A DNA stretch of 64,000 nucleotides from Candidatus Dormiibacterota bacterium. GTDB lineage: Bacteria; Chloroflexota; Dormibacteria; Aeolococcales; Aeolococcaceae. Below, one piece after another: positions 1-9,247 of this stretch (position 1 is the stretch's first letter; each line of letters starts with the position of its first letter). A program made the position numbers and the translations under genes. The notes beneath the pieces are model-generated. The model had not been told where the DNA came from. It did not search any database and saw only the letters and a program-made list of their open reading frames with translations. The stretch is taken from positions 1 to 64,000 of the forward strand of contig CAVPXI010000016.1 in assembly GCA_963709585.1 (NCBI GenBank), written 5' to 3'.

Positions 1-246
1 CAGCTGACCGCCTCCCCCGTGCAATTTCTCGCATACACGGGTATCTGGCCGTGGCCGCGCGCCACCGAGGGAGGAGCAAGCGAAGCCGGCATGTTCGCGA
101 CGCTCGCCAGCTACGGGTATGTCGGAGGCGTTCTCGACGTTCGGGTTGCCAGCGACGTGGAAACGACCACCGGCCTATGGCAACTCCCCAGAGTGCGCAT
201 CGGGATTCAAACCACGATCCAAGGATTCGCGCACTGGTTCAACTGA
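1..246 (+). CDS. C-terminal fragment of a hypothetical protein (5' partial)
   Basis: Frame 1 is open from base 1 to TGA at 244-246 with protein-like composition; no family recognised. Confidence 0.5.
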   Translation, partial: QLTASPVQFLAYTGIWPWPRATEGGASEAGMFATLASYGYVGGVLDVRVASDVETTTGLWQLPRVRIGIQTTIQGFAHWFN

Positions 247-260
247 TCGACGGCCGTGTC

Positions 261-1004
261 TCAGGTCAGGATGTTGACGGCACGCGCTGCGACCAGTGCC
301 ACGGTGAGCAGCGACGCCGCGGATTGAACTCCCATCAGGGCTTTGGCCGTAGCGGTCATTGGCATCGTGTCGGTGGGGCTGAAGGCTGTGGCGTTCGTGA
401 GGCTCACGTACAGATAGTCGAGGACTCCCGGCGACCAGTTCGGGCGCCCCGCGCCGGGCGTCGCCATCTGCGGGAAGAGAAAGTCGGGCTCCCGGTGGGC
501 TGGACTGTGACGCTGATTCGGCCCGCCGCGGTCAAGCTCAAAGTACCAGAGGCCGAACACGATGACATTGGTCAACCAGATTGCGACCGACGCAAGGATC
601 AGGAGTTGTCCGTTTTGAACGCCGCCATGCAGCAGCGCGTGCACGAGCAGTCCGAGGTTGATGAGATTGGCAACCGTCACGAGCGCCAGCAACGCGATGA
701 CCAAAACCCGCCGCATCCGGGACGCCTGTTTGGTCCGGTGCGGCGTGAACGTTGTCAAGATCACGAGAATCGCCATCTCGAGGCCGGGCACCACAAATCG
801 TGGACCTGGAACCAGCTCGTCGGGGAGGTAGAGGTAAAGGACGGCCGCCACCACGATCGCTGCTCGCGCCGGCCAGTAGGAACGGTCCACCGAGGGGACT
901 CCCCAGGCAAGGGACTCGACCCGCACTCCCGATGCCCGAAACCCTCCGTCCGGGCTTTCGGAGTTGGCTGTCGTACGTTCCGCCTTGCTCGATTCGGTCG
1001 CCAT
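261..1004 (-). CDS. DUF1345-family membrane protein
   Basis: Motifs FGLWYFELDRGGP, PDFLFPQM, DYLYVSLTNATAFSPTDTMPMT; several TM helices; start taken at MATESS. Confidence 0.8.
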   Translation of the reverse strand: MATESSKAERTTANSESPDGGFRASGVRVESLAWGVPSVDRSYWPARAAIVVAAVLYLYLPDELVPGPRFVVPGLEMAILVILTTFTPHRTKQASRMRRVLVIALLALVTVANLINLGLLVHALLHGGVQNGQLLILASVAIWLTNVIVFGLWYFELDRGGPNQRHSPAHREPDFLFPQMATPGAGRPNWSPGVLDYLYVSLTNATAFSPTDTMPMTATAKALMGVQSAASLLTVALVAARAVNILT

Positions 1005-1112
1005 CGAGCCCGAGCGTAGCCCGTTCTGCCGCCGCGTGGGGAACTTGACGTGCCCGACGGTCGGGACGGGTGGCCATCGTCGGAGTCGTGACCTTGGTAC
1101 CGTTGGGCGCGG

Positions 1113-2552
1113 ATGATTCCAGCCCGCCGCTCCTGGATGGTGGGGGCGATTGCCCTCGGTGCATTCGTGGGAATGCTCGACGCAACAATCGTCGCGGTCG
1201 CCCTCGGCCCCATCACCCGACGGTTCGCGCTGCCACTCGCATCCGGGCAGGAGGTGATCGCGATCTATCTGGTCGTGGTCATGGCCACGCTGCCGACGAT
1301 CGGTCGGCTCTCCGACCGTTTCGGACGGCGCAGAGCTTACATCGGTGGTTTCGGCTTCTTCGGGATTGGATCGATCGTCGCCGCAACCGCACCGACCTTT
1401 GGGATCCTGCTCGTCGGACGGATGGTCCAAGCCGTCGGCGGAGGGGTGCTGATGGCCGGCAGCCTTGCGCTCATCGCCGAGCACGTGCCGCGCCGCCGAA
1501 CGGGCAGGTCGGTGGCTGTGATGGTGACCACCCAGGCGGTGGCAGGCTTGATCGGCCCGCCGGTGGGTGGATTGCTGGTGGCGCTCGGTGGGTGGCAGGC
1601 GGTGTTCTGGGCTGGCGTGCCGCTCGGCGTGCTGGGCATCGTCCTGACGCTCGCGGCGGTGCCGTCCAGTGTCGCCCACCGACAGAGCGGGATCGACATT
1701 CCGGGCGCGGTGCTGCTGTCGACGATATTTCTCGGTGTTGGAGCCGGCATCTCCTCACTCGCCGCGCCCGCCTTCGGCAGTATCCCGGCGATCGCATGGT
1801 TTTCGGTCGCGTGGATCGCACTCCTGCTGTTGGTGCCTGCAGAGTTCATCGCGCCCAAGCCTGTCGTGGATCGCAGGCTGTTCCGCCAATCGAGGTTCGT
1901 CGCCGCGACCGTCGCCACGCTGCTGAGCACGGGCACGCTGATGTCGTGCTTCGCGATCCTGCCGTTCTGGCTCGAGGAGGCACACGGCGTCACGCCGGTG
2001 ATCGCGGGACTTGCCTTCCTGCCGATTGGGGTTGGAGTTGGGGCGACATCGCGCGCTGGTGGCCGGATGGGCGACTCCAGGCGCACCCGGCTGGTGACCA
2101 CGGCGGGGATGTGCCTGGCTGCACTGGGGTTCGCACTCGCCGGGCTTGCGACCCACGGGGTGTCCTGGCCGCTGCTGTTGACCGGGCTCTTCCTGATCGG
2201 ATGTGGGAACGGGCTGTTCTCGTCGCCGAACACCGCGGCGGCGATGGGACTGTCTCCTCGAGACTCGCTCGGCGGCGCCGCGGCGCTGCTCTCAGCCGCA
2301 CGCAACGCGGGCGTGATCACCGGTCTGGGAATCACCGGCGCCATCTACACCGCCGCCGGGCCGGCGAGGGCGGATGCGGCGACGGCGAGCATCTTCGGCG
2401 CGGCCGCCGTGATCTGCGTTCTGGTCGCCGCCATTGCGGCCGTGACGTATCACACCACTTCGTCGACACCCGATCCGGACCGCCTCGTCGAGGCGTCGCT
2501 CGAGGGTCGGTCAGCCGCTCCCGCGGGTGCGCGCCGGGAACCCATGACGTAG
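1113..2552 (+). CDS. MFS drug-efflux transporter (DHA2/EmrB-QacA type)
   Basis: LDATIVAVAL and motif A (GRLSDRFGRR); ~14 hydrophobic segments. Confidence 0.9.
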   Translation: MIPARRSWMVGAIALGAFVGMLDATIVAVALGPITRRFALPLASGQEVIAIYLVVVMATLPTIGRLSDRFGRRRAYIGGFGFFGIGSIVAATAPTFGILLVGRMVQAVGGGVLMAGSLALIAEHVPRRRTGRSVAVMVTTQAVAGLIGPPVGGLLVALGGWQAVFWAGVPLGVLGIVLTLAAVPSSVAHRQSGIDIPGAVLLSTIFLGVGAGISSLAAPAFGSIPAIAWFSVAWIALLLLVPAEFIAPKPVVDRRLFRQSRFVAATVATLLSTGTLMSCFAILPFWLEEAHGVTPVIAGLAFLPIGVGVGATSRAGGRMGDSRRTRLVTTAGMCLAALGFALAGLATHGVSWPLLLTGLFLIGCGNGLFSSPNTAAAMGLSPRDSLGGAAALLSAARNAGVITGLGITGAIYTAAGPARADAATASIFGAAAVICVLVAAIAAVTYHTTSSTPDPDRLVEASLEGRSAAPAGARREPMT

Positions 2553-2597
2553 CCACGGCGTCTCATCTCCGCCAGCGCTCGTGCAAGGAGATCGACG

Positions 2598-3488
2598 ATG
2601 CTCAGAAGCCATATGGCAATCGGGGTTGGATTGCTGTCAGCCGCCGGGCTGCTTGCCGCCTGTTCGAACGTCGCCAGCAGCGGCGCATCCGTCGCGGCGC
2701 CGGCGGCGGCGCCGGCGCGGGCCCCGGCCGGGATCCCTGCCAATGGGTTCACCGCCGGCAGCGCGGCGCCGGCCTCGCCGGGCATCACGATCGGAGTCCC
2801 GCCGACTGCATATCTGCAGCGCTCGGTTCGGGCGACCTACACCATCCCAGCCGGAACATTTCTGGACTCATTCGACGGCGTCATCGCCCGCGCAGTCGCA
2901 CTCGGCGGATGGGTCGCCAGCTCGGCGACCCACCCCGCATCCGACGGCCGTATCGTCGCCGGCTCGGTGACCCTTGATATACCCGCCGCACGCATCGCCA
3001 GCTTCCTCAATGCGATGCCTTCGACGTTCACCGCATCGTCGATCGACTTCGCGAGTGTCGATCACACCGCCGCTTTTGTCGACGTCAACGCGGAGTTGGT
3101 CTCAGCGCACGCGCATCTGCACGCGCTCGATGCGCTCCTGGCGAATGCCACCACGCTGAGCGACATCACCACCCTCGAGCAGCAGATCGAGACCGTGCAG
3201 GTCGAAATCGATACCTACCAGGGTGAGCTCAACACACTGTCCGGGTCGGTCGACATGGCGACGGCGACGATCGCGCTCTCCGAACGCGGCGTCACCCTCG
3301 CCGCATCGGCGCCCGGGCCGCTGAATGACGGTTTGAGCGGCGGCTGGCACAACGCCATCCAGGTCACCGGCACATTGCTTGACGCGCTGATCACCGCGCT
3401 GCCCGTGCTGGTCATCGCCGCCCTGGCTCTGGCCGGCTGGTGGCTGATACCGCGCAGGCTGCGACGTACGCCCCCATCGGTGCAGTGA
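2598..3488 (+). CDS. DUF4349-like lipoprotein
   Basis: Lipobox LLAAC, Ala/Pro linker, coiled coil (LEQQIETVQVEIDTYQGEL), C-terminal TM helix. Confidence 0.75.
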   Translation: MLRSHMAIGVGLLSAAGLLAACSNVASSGASVAAPAAAPARAPAGIPANGFTAGSAAPASPGITIGVPPTAYLQRSVRATYTIPAGTFLDSFDGVIARAVALGGWVASSATHPASDGRIVAGSVTLDIPAARIASFLNAMPSTFTASSIDFASVDHTAAFVDVNAELVSAHAHLHALDALLANATTLSDITTLEQQIETVQVEIDTYQGELNTLSGSVDMATATIALSERGVTLAASAPGPLNDGLSGGWHNAIQVTGTLLDALITALPVLVIAALALAGWWLIPRRLRRTPPSVQ

Positions 3489-3779
3489 GCATCGCGCCTC
3501 AGGGCTCCGTCCAGTGGCGGAGCACGCGGAACTCCCCATCAATGCGCTGCCAGAGTTCGACCCCGGGGGCGTTCCTCCAGGTGTTCACCAGCCTGGCGAT
3601 GGCTCCCAGATTCCGGGCGAGCGTCAGCGCGGGGAGGGGAGGTAGCGGCCCCGGCTGTCTCGGTTCATCGTCCCTACTGGCTTAAACGTCACCTTAGCAA
3701 CCGCCAGATCACTAGGACAACCTGACCTGCTGGGCCTGGTTCGTTTCGAGGTCGGGATCCTTGCGGTAATGAGGTACTC

Positions 3780-4454
3780 GTGGAATCCTCCGAATACTTC
3801 ACCGGCGATCCAGGCGACGCGCGGAGCGCCGACCCCGAGAAGCCTGCCGAACGCGCCTGGCAGCCGTCGCTGTTCGCGCAGGGCGAGGCGTGGCCCGAAC
3901 CTGACTTCTCGGGACTGACCCGACATCAGCTCGACGACACCGCCTGGGTCGATCACGTCGCGGGCTGGCTCCACGGAGCCGACACCCTTTTCGAGCAGCT
4001 GATGACCTCTGCCCAGTGGGAGGCGACCACTCAGGAGCTCTACGGGAAGGTGGTGGTCACCCCGCGGCTGGTATCCCGATGGCCGGCGCCGGAAGATCGG
4101 GCCACCCTGCCCCCGGTCATTGAGCGGATGCGCGAACTCCTCGCGCACCGATATGAGCGCCGGTTCGATTCAGTCAGTGCGAATCTGTATCGCGACGGCC
4201 GCGACTTCGTCGCCTGGCACGGCGACCACATACCGCTGCGCATCATCGACCCGGTTGTGGCGACCGTGTCGCTGGGTCACCCACGCCGCTTCCTGATGCG
4301 TCCTCGCCAGGGGAGGACCGAGCTCTCACTGGCCCTTGGCATGGGCGATCTTGTGGTCATGGGCGGGAGTAGTCAGCGCACCTGGCTCCACGCGGTTCCC
4401 AAGGTGGCGGCCGCCGGCCCGCGGATCAGTGTCGCGTACCGGCACTCCACCTGA
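3780..4454 (+). CDS. AlkB-family 2OG-Fe(II) dioxygenase
   Basis: NLYRDGRD..AWHGD (HxD), WLHAVPK, RISVAYR. Confidence 0.9.
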   Translation: MESSEYFTGDPGDARSADPEKPAERAWQPSLFAQGEAWPEPDFSGLTRHQLDDTAWVDHVAGWLHGADTLFEQLMTSAQWEATTQELYGKVVVTPRLVSRWPAPEDRATLPPVIERMRELLAHRYERRFDSVSANLYRDGRDFVAWHGDHIPLRIIDPVVATVSLGHPRRFLMRPRQGRTELSLALGMGDLVVMGGSSQRTWLHAVPKVAAAGPRISVAYRHST

Positions 4455-4540
4455 AGAGCTGGCGGCTCCACGCCTCAAAGAGAATGGCGATACCATCGGT
4501 CGAGCGCATCGTCAGCACAAATCGAGAGGGCACTGCCGCC

Positions 4541-6001
4541 ATGACCACCGCGCTCCGCGCCGAGTCAATCGGCGCCCCGTCGCAATTGCTGATCGCGGGC
4601 CGTTGGGCGGACGCGTCCGACCACGAGACCTTTGATGTCGAGGACCCCGCCACCGGCGAGGTGATCGCCGTCGTCGCCAGCGCGTCGGTTCAGGACGGGC
4701 TAGCGGCGGTGAGCGCCGCATCCGCCGCCCTCCCCGCCTGGGCCGCCACCCCACCCCGGCAGCGCGCCGAACTCCTCCGCCGCACCTTCGAGCTCATGAC
4801 CCAGCGCGCGGAGGACTTCGCGCGGTTGATCGTCCGGGAGAACGGCAAGGCGCTCTCCGACGCGCGTGGCGAAGTCGCCTACGCCGCGGAGTTCTTTCGC
4901 TGGTACGCCGAAGAGGCGGTGCGTGCCGAGGGCCACGTGCAGACGGCGCCGGCAGGGACCAACAGAATCCTCGTGCTGCGCCAACCGATCGGGGTGAGCA
5001 TCCTGATCACGCCGTGGAACTTCCCCGCCGCGATGGCGACCCGCAAGATCGGCCCGGCGCTTGCGGCCGGATGCACGATCGTGCTCAAGCCCGCCTCGGA
5101 TACGCCGCTGACCGCGCTTGCAATGGGGGCGCTCCTGATGGAGGCCGGCGTTCCGGCGGGGGTCGTGAACGTGCTGCCATCGCGCCGCTCGGGACCGGTG
5201 GTGACCTCGATGCTGCACGACCCCCGGGTGCGGAAGCTGTCCTTCACGGGGTCCACCGAGGTCGGGCGCGGCCTGTTGCGTCAGGCAGCCGATTGCGTCG
5301 TGAACTGCTCGATGGAGCTGGGTGGCAACGCCCCCTTCGTCGTGTTCGACGACGCCGACCTGGAGAGCGCCGTGGCCGGCGCAATGGTGGCGAAGATGCG
5401 CAACGGTGGCGAGGCCTGCACGGCTGCCAACCGCTTCCTGGTGCAGCGCGGCATCGCGAAGGAGTTCGGACGGCGACTCGCCGAGACCATGGGCGCCCTG
5501 CGCATGGGACCGGGGCTCGAGGAGGGCGTGCAACTCGGCCCGCTGATCAACGCGGCCGGTCGCGACAAGGTCGTGTCGCTCGTGGCAGGCGCCGTGCGGC
5601 ATGGTGCCCACCTTGCGGTCGGGGGGACGACGCCCGATGGACCGGGCTTCTTCTACCCGCCGACTGTGCTTCTCGATGTGCCCACCGACGCGGCCATCCT
5701 GCGCGAAGAGGTCTTCGGGCCGGTGGCTCCGTTGGTCGCCTTCGACACCGAGGAGGAGGCCGTGGCGCTTGCCAATGACACCGAGTACGGTCTTGTCGCC
5801 TACGTCTACACCCGCGATCTGCAGCGTGGGCTGCGCTTCAGCGAGGCGCTCAAGTCCGGCATGGTCGGCCTCAACCGCGCGCTCGTCTCGGACCCGGCGG
5901 CGCCCTTCGGCGGTGTCAAGCAGAGCGGTCTCGGTCGCGAGGGTGGCCACGACGGCCTCCTCGAGTTCATGGAGAGCAAGTACATCGCGGTCACCTGGTG
6001 A
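4541..6001 (+). CDS. gabD: NAD(P)-dependent succinate-semialdehyde dehydrogenase
   Basis: ITPWNFPAAMATRK, SFTGSTEVG, MELGGNAP, RNGGEACTAANR, EEVFGP; RBS GAGAGG before ATG 4541. Confidence 0.88.
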   Translation: MTTALRAESIGAPSQLLIAGRWADASDHETFDVEDPATGEVIAVVASASVQDGLAAVSAASAALPAWAATPPRQRAELLRRTFELMTQRAEDFARLIVRENGKALSDARGEVAYAAEFFRWYAEEAVRAEGHVQTAPAGTNRILVLRQPIGVSILITPWNFPAAMATRKIGPALAAGCTIVLKPASDTPLTALAMGALLMEAGVPAGVVNVLPSRRSGPVVTSMLHDPRVRKLSFTGSTEVGRGLLRQAADCVVNCSMELGGNAPFVVFDDADLESAVAGAMVAKMRNGGEACTAANRFLVQRGIAKEFGRRLAETMGALRMGPGLEEGVQLGPLINAAGRDKVVSLVAGAVRHGAHLAVGGTTPDGPGFFYPPTVLLDVPTDAAILREEVFGPVAPLVAFDTEEEAVALANDTEYGLVAYVYTRDLQRGLRFSEALKSGMVGLNRALVSDPAAPFGGVKQSGLGREGGHDGLLEFMESKYIAVTW

Positions 6002-6133
6002 GGGCCGAGATCTCCAACTGCAAGACCGCGAACTTGCCGTTGTTGTAACGGTCTGTCACGCCAATGCCACGGGCTCCATCGTCTGGATGAGGCCCGCTCG
6101 GCGCGTTGCTCGCAACCGTACGATGTTGCGAGC

Positions 6134-7162
6134 ATGCAATCGTCGCAACCGGCTGAGCCCTCGCTGGGTACGGCCGGTCGGCCGCAGGAGCCGGCGCAAC
6201 CCGATCCCGCTCGCTCACTCGGTGTCGCGCTCGCCCTGCGCGCCGAGGAGTGCTGCGAGCTGACCCAAAACCGGCTCCGAAGCTACCCCTGGATCGGTCG
6301 CGAGCCGAGTGCCGCATACACGGAACGAGTTCGGGGGATCAACTGGCTGGCGGCCGTTCTGATGGCTCGCTGGATCGGCTACGGCGTGCGCGTCTCCGAT
6401 GCCGAGATGGCCTGCATCAGTGAGCGCGGAGATCTGGCCGCGTCCGAGCAGCTCTCGATCGTCAACATCACCCGCGCCTACCTGATCTGGCGTGACACAG
6501 TGCTCGAGGTACTTCGTGAAGAGGGGAGCCGGCAACATACGCCTCGTGACGTGCTCACGGCCGCGCAACGTGCGGTCCGGGCAAGTTGCGACGCCGGGCT
6601 GATCCAGGTGGCCCGCGCTTTTGACACCCGCCTGAACGACCTCGCGCGTGACTTGACTCTCGAACGCGAGGCCCTGCTGCACATGGCGCTGCACGATCCG
6701 CTCACCGGCTTGCCCAACCGTGTGCTCCTCTACGATCGAATCGGTCAAGCTGTCTCTACCGCGAGGCGCACCGGAAGAACCTTCGCCGTTCTGGAAGTGG
6801 ATCTCGACGGCTTCAAGAACGTCAACGACAGCTTCGGCCACAGCTTTGGTGACGTCGTTCTCCAACAGACGGGGATACGGCTCACGGTTGCGATGCGTGA
6901 AAGCGACACCGTTGCGCGTCTCGGCGGCGACGAGTTTCTCGTGCTCATGGTCGACGTGGAGGTCGGCCCGGCGCGGCGGAAGGCGGCTCAGTTGCGAGAG
7001 ACCCTCGGCCAGCTGATCGAGACGGGAGGGAACGCGGTGACGGTCGGCGCGAGCATCGGTGTGGCGATGTATCCCGAGGACGGACTCGATGTACATTCGC
7101 TGGTGATCGCGGCGGACAGCGCCATGTATCGCGCCAAGGCACGCGGCAACAGCGCAGGGTAG
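6134..7162 (+). CDS. Diguanylate cyclase (GGDEF) with helical N-terminal domain
   Basis: HDPLTGLPNR, DLDGFKNVND, intact GGDEF, I-site RESD. Confidence 0.9.
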   Translation: MQSSQPAEPSLGTAGRPQEPAQPDPARSLGVALALRAEECCELTQNRLRSYPWIGREPSAAYTERVRGINWLAAVLMARWIGYGVRVSDAEMACISERGDLAASEQLSIVNITRAYLIWRDTVLEVLREEGSRQHTPRDVLTAAQRAVRASCDAGLIQVARAFDTRLNDLARDLTLEREALLHMALHDPLTGLPNRVLLYDRIGQAVSTARRTGRTFAVLEVDLDGFKNVNDSFGHSFGDVVLQQTGIRLTVAMRESDTVARLGGDEFLVLMVDVEVGPARRKAAQLRETLGQLIETGGNAVTVGASIGVAMYPEDGLDVHSLVIAADSAMYRAKARGNSAG

Positions 7163-7302
7163 CCAAGCTCACGGTGCCCCAGCCGGCGCTGATCCATACG
7201 ATCGGCGTCCAGGCGCGTGGAACCTCGAAGGCTGTCTCGTCGAAGTGCCCTCGGAAGCCGAACATCCGATGTAGACTTGGGGTGTCTAGAAAGGAACCCC
7301 AG

Positions 7303-7485
7303 ATGGCCTGGATGTGGTGGCAGCAGCGTCGGGCAGATCACGCTGAGAGCCGTTTGATCAACACGTATCTGCAGCAGCGAGACGCGTCTCGCGTGCTGTG
7401 GGACGTGGTTGTCGAAGCGCGGCGCGAGGCTGAGTCTCGGCTGCGTCTCGAGGCGGCGCTCCAAGCCCAGCGCATCAGCGCCTGA
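7303..7485 (+). CDS. Small hypothetical protein (60 aa)
   Basis: AAGGAA RBS, ATG 7303, MAWMWWQQRR..., helical C-terminus, GC hairpin downstream. Confidence 0.5.
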   Translation: MAWMWWQQRRADHAESRLINTYLQQRDASRVLWDVVVEARREAESRLRLEAALQAQRISA

Positions 7486-7524
7486 CTCCGGTTTCAGCGG
7501 GCCGCCCGGTCGCCGGGCACCGTC

Positions 7525-8307
7525 ATGACTGTGCATGATCGGACCGTGCCTGCCGCCCACCAACAGCCCGGGCTCCTGGCGCTCGTCGGTGGTGACGAGT
7601 TTCATCCGGGCAACGAACCGCACGACACGCTTCTCGCCACGTCGGCGCGGGGTCCCGCCTTGGTCGTCGCGACCGCCGCGGCCAGGTCACGGCCCGACAT
7701 GGCGGTTCGGCACGCCCAGGCATGGTTTCAACGCTTCGGGTTGGACCTTCTCGAGCTCGCTGTGTACACGAAGACGCAGGCGCACAACGCCCAGCTTGCC
7801 GAGCGCGCTGCCTGGGCGGGATTCTTCTACCTCCCCGGTGGCGATCCCGGTCTGGTGGCATCGGTTCTCCGTGACAGCCCGGTCGGCAACGCGATCATCG
7901 CCGCGTGGGCAAACGGCGCGGCGCTTGCGGGGTCGTCCGCCGGGGCGATGGCGATCTGCGCGGACACCCTGGTGCGCGAGTCCTTCCCGGGTCACACCCA
8001 ACGCCGCGCAGTTCCGGGGCTCTACGTCGTGCCCGGCGCCGCCGTGCTCCCACATCACGACACATTCGGTGCGAGGTGGTATCCGTCGGCGCGCGCTGCG
8101 CTGCCCGATGCAGTTCTGATCGGCATCGACGAGCGGACCTGCGCGATGTGGGACTCGGGAGCATGGCGATGCATGGGAGCCGGCGGCGTCACCGTGTACG
8201 TTCCCGGGAACGTACCCGTCCGCTCCATGTCAGGAGTGCTCGAGGGGATCCCGCAGCCGTCCGCGCAGGGCCGGAGGGCGGCGTCGCGTCGCCGGGGATC
8301 GGGTTAG
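7525..8307 (+). CDS. Peptidase S51 / cyanophycinase-like protein
   Basis: ALVGGDEF, YLPGGDP, nucleophile GSSAGAM, LPHHD, IGIDERT. Confidence 0.85.
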   Translation: MTVHDRTVPAAHQQPGLLALVGGDEFHPGNEPHDTLLATSARGPALVVATAAARSRPDMAVRHAQAWFQRFGLDLLELAVYTKTQAHNAQLAERAAWAGFFYLPGGDPGLVASVLRDSPVGNAIIAAWANGAALAGSSAGAMAICADTLVRESFPGHTQRRAVPGLYVVPGAAVLPHHDTFGARWYPSARAALPDAVLIGIDERTCAMWDSGAWRCMGAGGVTVYVPGNVPVRSMSGVLEGIPQPSAQGRRAASRRRGSG

Positions 8308-9017
8308 CTGTTGGGCTGGCGCTCCGTGCGAAACCGATCCACGGCCAGGAAGATGCTCTCGTCCAGCCACTGGTAGAACCGCTGACGCTGTTCGAGGTCG
8401 GTGGTCATGTCCGTATCCGTCGTGCGGTGCACGATCCACGGCGGAACGCCGTCGGCGATCACGCCGCCGCCGACGTGTACGCGAACCAGGAAGTCGTTGT
8501 CCTCGAGCACCTGAATCGTCACCTTGAGGATCAGCCCGGTGTGATCGACGAGCCGCCAGCTCTGCTCCCATCGCGCCTTCCGGCTGAAGTCACGTGCGAC
8601 GTGCACGGTATCGTCGGCGATGACACTCTCCCCCGGACCGGCGACGCCGGCGAGCAATCTGCGGACATCCGCATCGAGGTCGCGCGCGATCCAGCTGACC
8701 AGTGACGGCGCCCGGTTGTCGACGTCGGGCAATCCGCCCTGCGGCGTGACCTCCGCGCCGACGGCGCGGAGCACGCCGGCATGCCGGCGGCAGTAGAACT
8801 TCCCCTCGGTCGAGACGCCGTGCTCCGGACAGTAGGCGGCTCTGCACGCGCGGCCTCGCCCGTCACGGTACGCGCAGGGCTGCGCCGTGTCGTTCGCGCA
8901 CCCGGCGAGTTTGCAGGTGATCCCAGTGCTCGCCGGGGGGACGGGCGCGAGCTCGGGCACGGGTACCGGCGCCTGAGCACCATCGCCGGGACGGTTGCGG
9001 CGGAAAAGCTGGGTCAT
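8304..9017 (-). CDS. Hypothetical protein with N-terminal Cys/His (Zn-finger-like) cluster
   Basis: CKLAGC...CAYRD...C.AAYCPEH...YCRRH; start taken at MTQLFRR. Confidence 0.7.
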   Translation of the reverse strand: MTQLFRRNRPGDGAQAPVPVPELAPVPPASTGITCKLAGCANDTAQPCAYRDGRGRACRAAYCPEHGVSTEGKFYCRRHAGVLRAVGAEVTPQGGLPDVDNRAPSLVSWIARDLDADVRRLLAGVAGPGESVIADDTVHVARDFSRKARWEQSWRLVDHTGLILKVTIQVLEDNDFLVRVHVGGGVIADGVPPWIVHRTTDTDMTTDLEQRQRFYQWLDESIFLAVDRFRTERQPNS

Positions 9018-9134
9018 CGACCCTAATGAAGCGCTGGCAGCCCACTCGCGTGCGGTCATGTCCGACGCCTCGCGAAACCGTGTTACACGCCGGTGACCGC
9101 CGGCGTGCGCGGGCGGCCGATTGAGGGCTCTATA

Positions 9135-9240
9135 TGGTAGTCTCGATATAACGTTTGCTTAGCGAAGTACCGTAGGGGAGCTCTGATGCGCTGGATCAGC
9201 CACGTCGAAGCAGCCTAGCGCGGACACCGGGAGTTTCCTG
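9135..9240 (+). promoter_or_regulatory. Putative promoter plus structured leader upstream of NRAMP gene
   Basis: Extended -10-like TGGTAGTCT 9135-9143; imperfect palindrome TTTGCTTAGCGAA 9154-9166; stem AGGGGAGCTC (9174-9183) / GAGTTTCCT (9231-9239). Confidence 0.4.
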
Positions 9241-9247
9241 AATCCGT

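Noticed and set aside
1070-2977. 635-aa ORF and many other long Arg/Ala/Pro-rich ORFs (e.g. 16967-18736, 45237-46982, 10752-11894)
   Set aside because: These are off-frame or antisense shadows of well-supported genes, as expected at high GC; they have no family motifs.
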